A stretch of 64,000 nucleotides of DNA from positions 16,740,001 through 16,804,000 of the forward strand of contig NC_135901.1 in the NCBI RefSeq assembly GCF_964194155.1, in the 5' to 3' direction. Positions within the stretch are counted from its first letter, which is position 1; every line of letters starts with the position of its first letter. This document shows positions 62,225 through 64,000 of the stretch, piece after piece. A program made the translations under genes and the position numbers. Under the pieces are notes generated by a model. It was not told the origin of the DNA, ran no database searches, and saw only the letters and a list, made by a program, of their open reading frames with translations. The stretch is from Cetorhinus maximus. Lineage: Eukaryota.

Positions 62225-63660
62225 AGATGTGAACTTATTGTTGTGTCAGAAGGTTGAATGATCGAGTGAATCCCTTCCCAGATTCAGTGCAGGTGAATGG
62301 TTTTCTCTCCATTGGTATTTCATCTGATCTTTAGAGCTTTGAAAACTCTTCAAACAGTGAGAACAATTAAAAGGTCTCTTATCAGACTGAACAACCTGAT
62401 TGGCAGTGAGGTTGGACACACAAGTGAATCAGGATCGGATGTGTCAATAAATTTCAGTTATGGAGCAGCTCTATTAAGAGAAAGGCAGGACAAACTTAAA
62501 GACTAAAGGTAAAGTTCAGGCAGTGATTTACAGAACAACGTGAGCTCTATACTTCCCTTGTCATATCTGGACAGCAGAGCACACTTCTTCCCTTGGAGCT
62601 TCCAGTTTTCTTGTGGAGTTTCCAGCTTTCGTGTTTCTTTCTCTTCTTTCCTTTGTTCTTTTCTCCACTGCACCAAACCCCTCAGGTGGACTGTTCTTAT
62701 GCTGGAAACCCCCCAACTGGCTCCCCTGAGGCCACCAATCAGAACTGTCCATGGACATTTCACTATTCAATCATGTGGCTCTTGTCCAATCACAGGTGTG
62801 TTCATGTGAACAGCATTCGCCTGTTGATGAGAGCACACACATATTCCTCTGTGATTACATAGAACTTCTGCACTTCCACCATCTCACAGTTCTAAACTCA
62901 GACAAGCCGGTTCAAAGCATGACATCACCTCCACAGATTCTACCCTACAGATCAACACACAGGCAAAGAAAGAACACAACTTCTGCAGACTATATTAATA
63001 CACAGTCAAAGAAAGAACAGAATTCTCACAGACTGTATCCGGAGAATGGATGACTGAGTGAAGCTCTTCCCACACACGGAGTAAGTTTTACGGTTTCTGC
63101 TCACTGTGAATGTGCTGGTGTTTCTGGAAGCTGGATGATTCGATGAATCCCTTCCCACACACAGTGCAGGTGAATGGCCTCTCTCCAGTGTGACTGTGCC
63201 AATGAGTTCCCAGCCGGGATAGAGAACTGAATCCCTTCTCACAGTCCCCACATTTCCACGGTTTCTCCCTGTTGCTTAATCCTTGCTGACAATTCTTATT
63301 GACTTACATACTCTTCAAAGTGAAACCTCCATTATGAAATTAAATTATCAAACAACAGGAATCAAAACAGTGAAATATTTTACAGGCACATCAATAAAAG
63401 TTTAATCAATCGACATTGATATTGATGAAGTTTTGAAGTCGCTGAGTTCAATCATTTCTTACATAGCAGCAGTAACATTTGGTAAAGGGGAATCCACAAC
63501 AAAGGCTGGTTTGAGACCTACTCAGCAGAGATGACATCTATCATTGAAGCAAAAAGCAAAGCTTACCTGATGCACAACATAAACCCAACAGCTAAGTACT
63601 GTGTGCAGTACCCTGTTACTAGTGTCCATGTGTCTCTCCAGGTTGGACGATCAGTTAAGC
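62225..63660 (-). pseudogene. Fragmented subfamily A ZNF pseudogene
   Basis: Finger remnants at ~62225-62400, 63050-63270 and 63620-63660, separated by insertions and frameshifted. Confidence 0.75.
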
Positions 63661-63669
63661 CTTACACAG

Positions 63670-64000
63670 GATTATATAGGATATACAGCACAGAAAGAAG
63701 CCATTCAGCCCAAACAGTGCATGTTGGTGTTTATGTTCCACTCAAGCCACCTCTCATCTTTCCACTTCTAAATCTACCATCATGACCTAATATTTCCTTC
63801 AGCCACATATGTTTGTCTAGCCTCCCCATGAATACATCTATACTATTCCCTTCACCCACTTCCTGTGGTCTTGAGTTCCATATTCTCACCACTCTCTGGG
63901 CGAAGAAGTTTCTTCTGAATTCCCTATTGGATTTCTCAGTGACTATCTTATATTGATGGTCTCTAGTTTTGCTCTTCCCCACAAGAGGAAACATGCTCTC
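63670..64000 (-). mobile_element. CR1 3' fragment
   Basis: ORF 63731-63994 RRNFFAQRVVRIWNS. Confidence 0.8.

Noticed and set aside
62400-63620. Inserts splitting the ZNF pseudogene (possible solo LTR and RTE-like fragment)
   Set aside because: Only weak similarity (GWFETYSAEMTSIIEAKSKAYL); not classifiable without a search

Overview
Vertebrate genomic DNA, most likely from a cartilaginous fish (inferred from the repeat content: CR1, L2, Deu-type SINEs and Penelope pLTRs). The window is a tandem cluster of eight C2H2 zinc-finger genes (6-14 fingers each, one coding exon, no KRAB/SCAN/BTB domain visible), plus two ZNF remnants. They form two subfamilies spread by DNA-level segmental duplication. 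They are driven by CpG-island promoters, some shared head-to-head, built from shuffled NRF1/YY1/CCAAT modules. Subfamily A genes all carry an in-frame stop exactly 39 nt before a new Kozak ATG created inside a TGEKP linker, which turns the old N-terminal fingers into 5'UTR. Between the genes are dense, often nested retroelements, including two Penelope-like families with minimal hammerhead ribozyme motifs (one near-intact), an ERV-like pol relic, a tRNA-Val pseudogene, a 44-bp minisatellite born at a TE junction, a fold-back SINE palindrome and a 66-bp inverted-repeat pair. Repeat boundaries are approximate and were read by eye.
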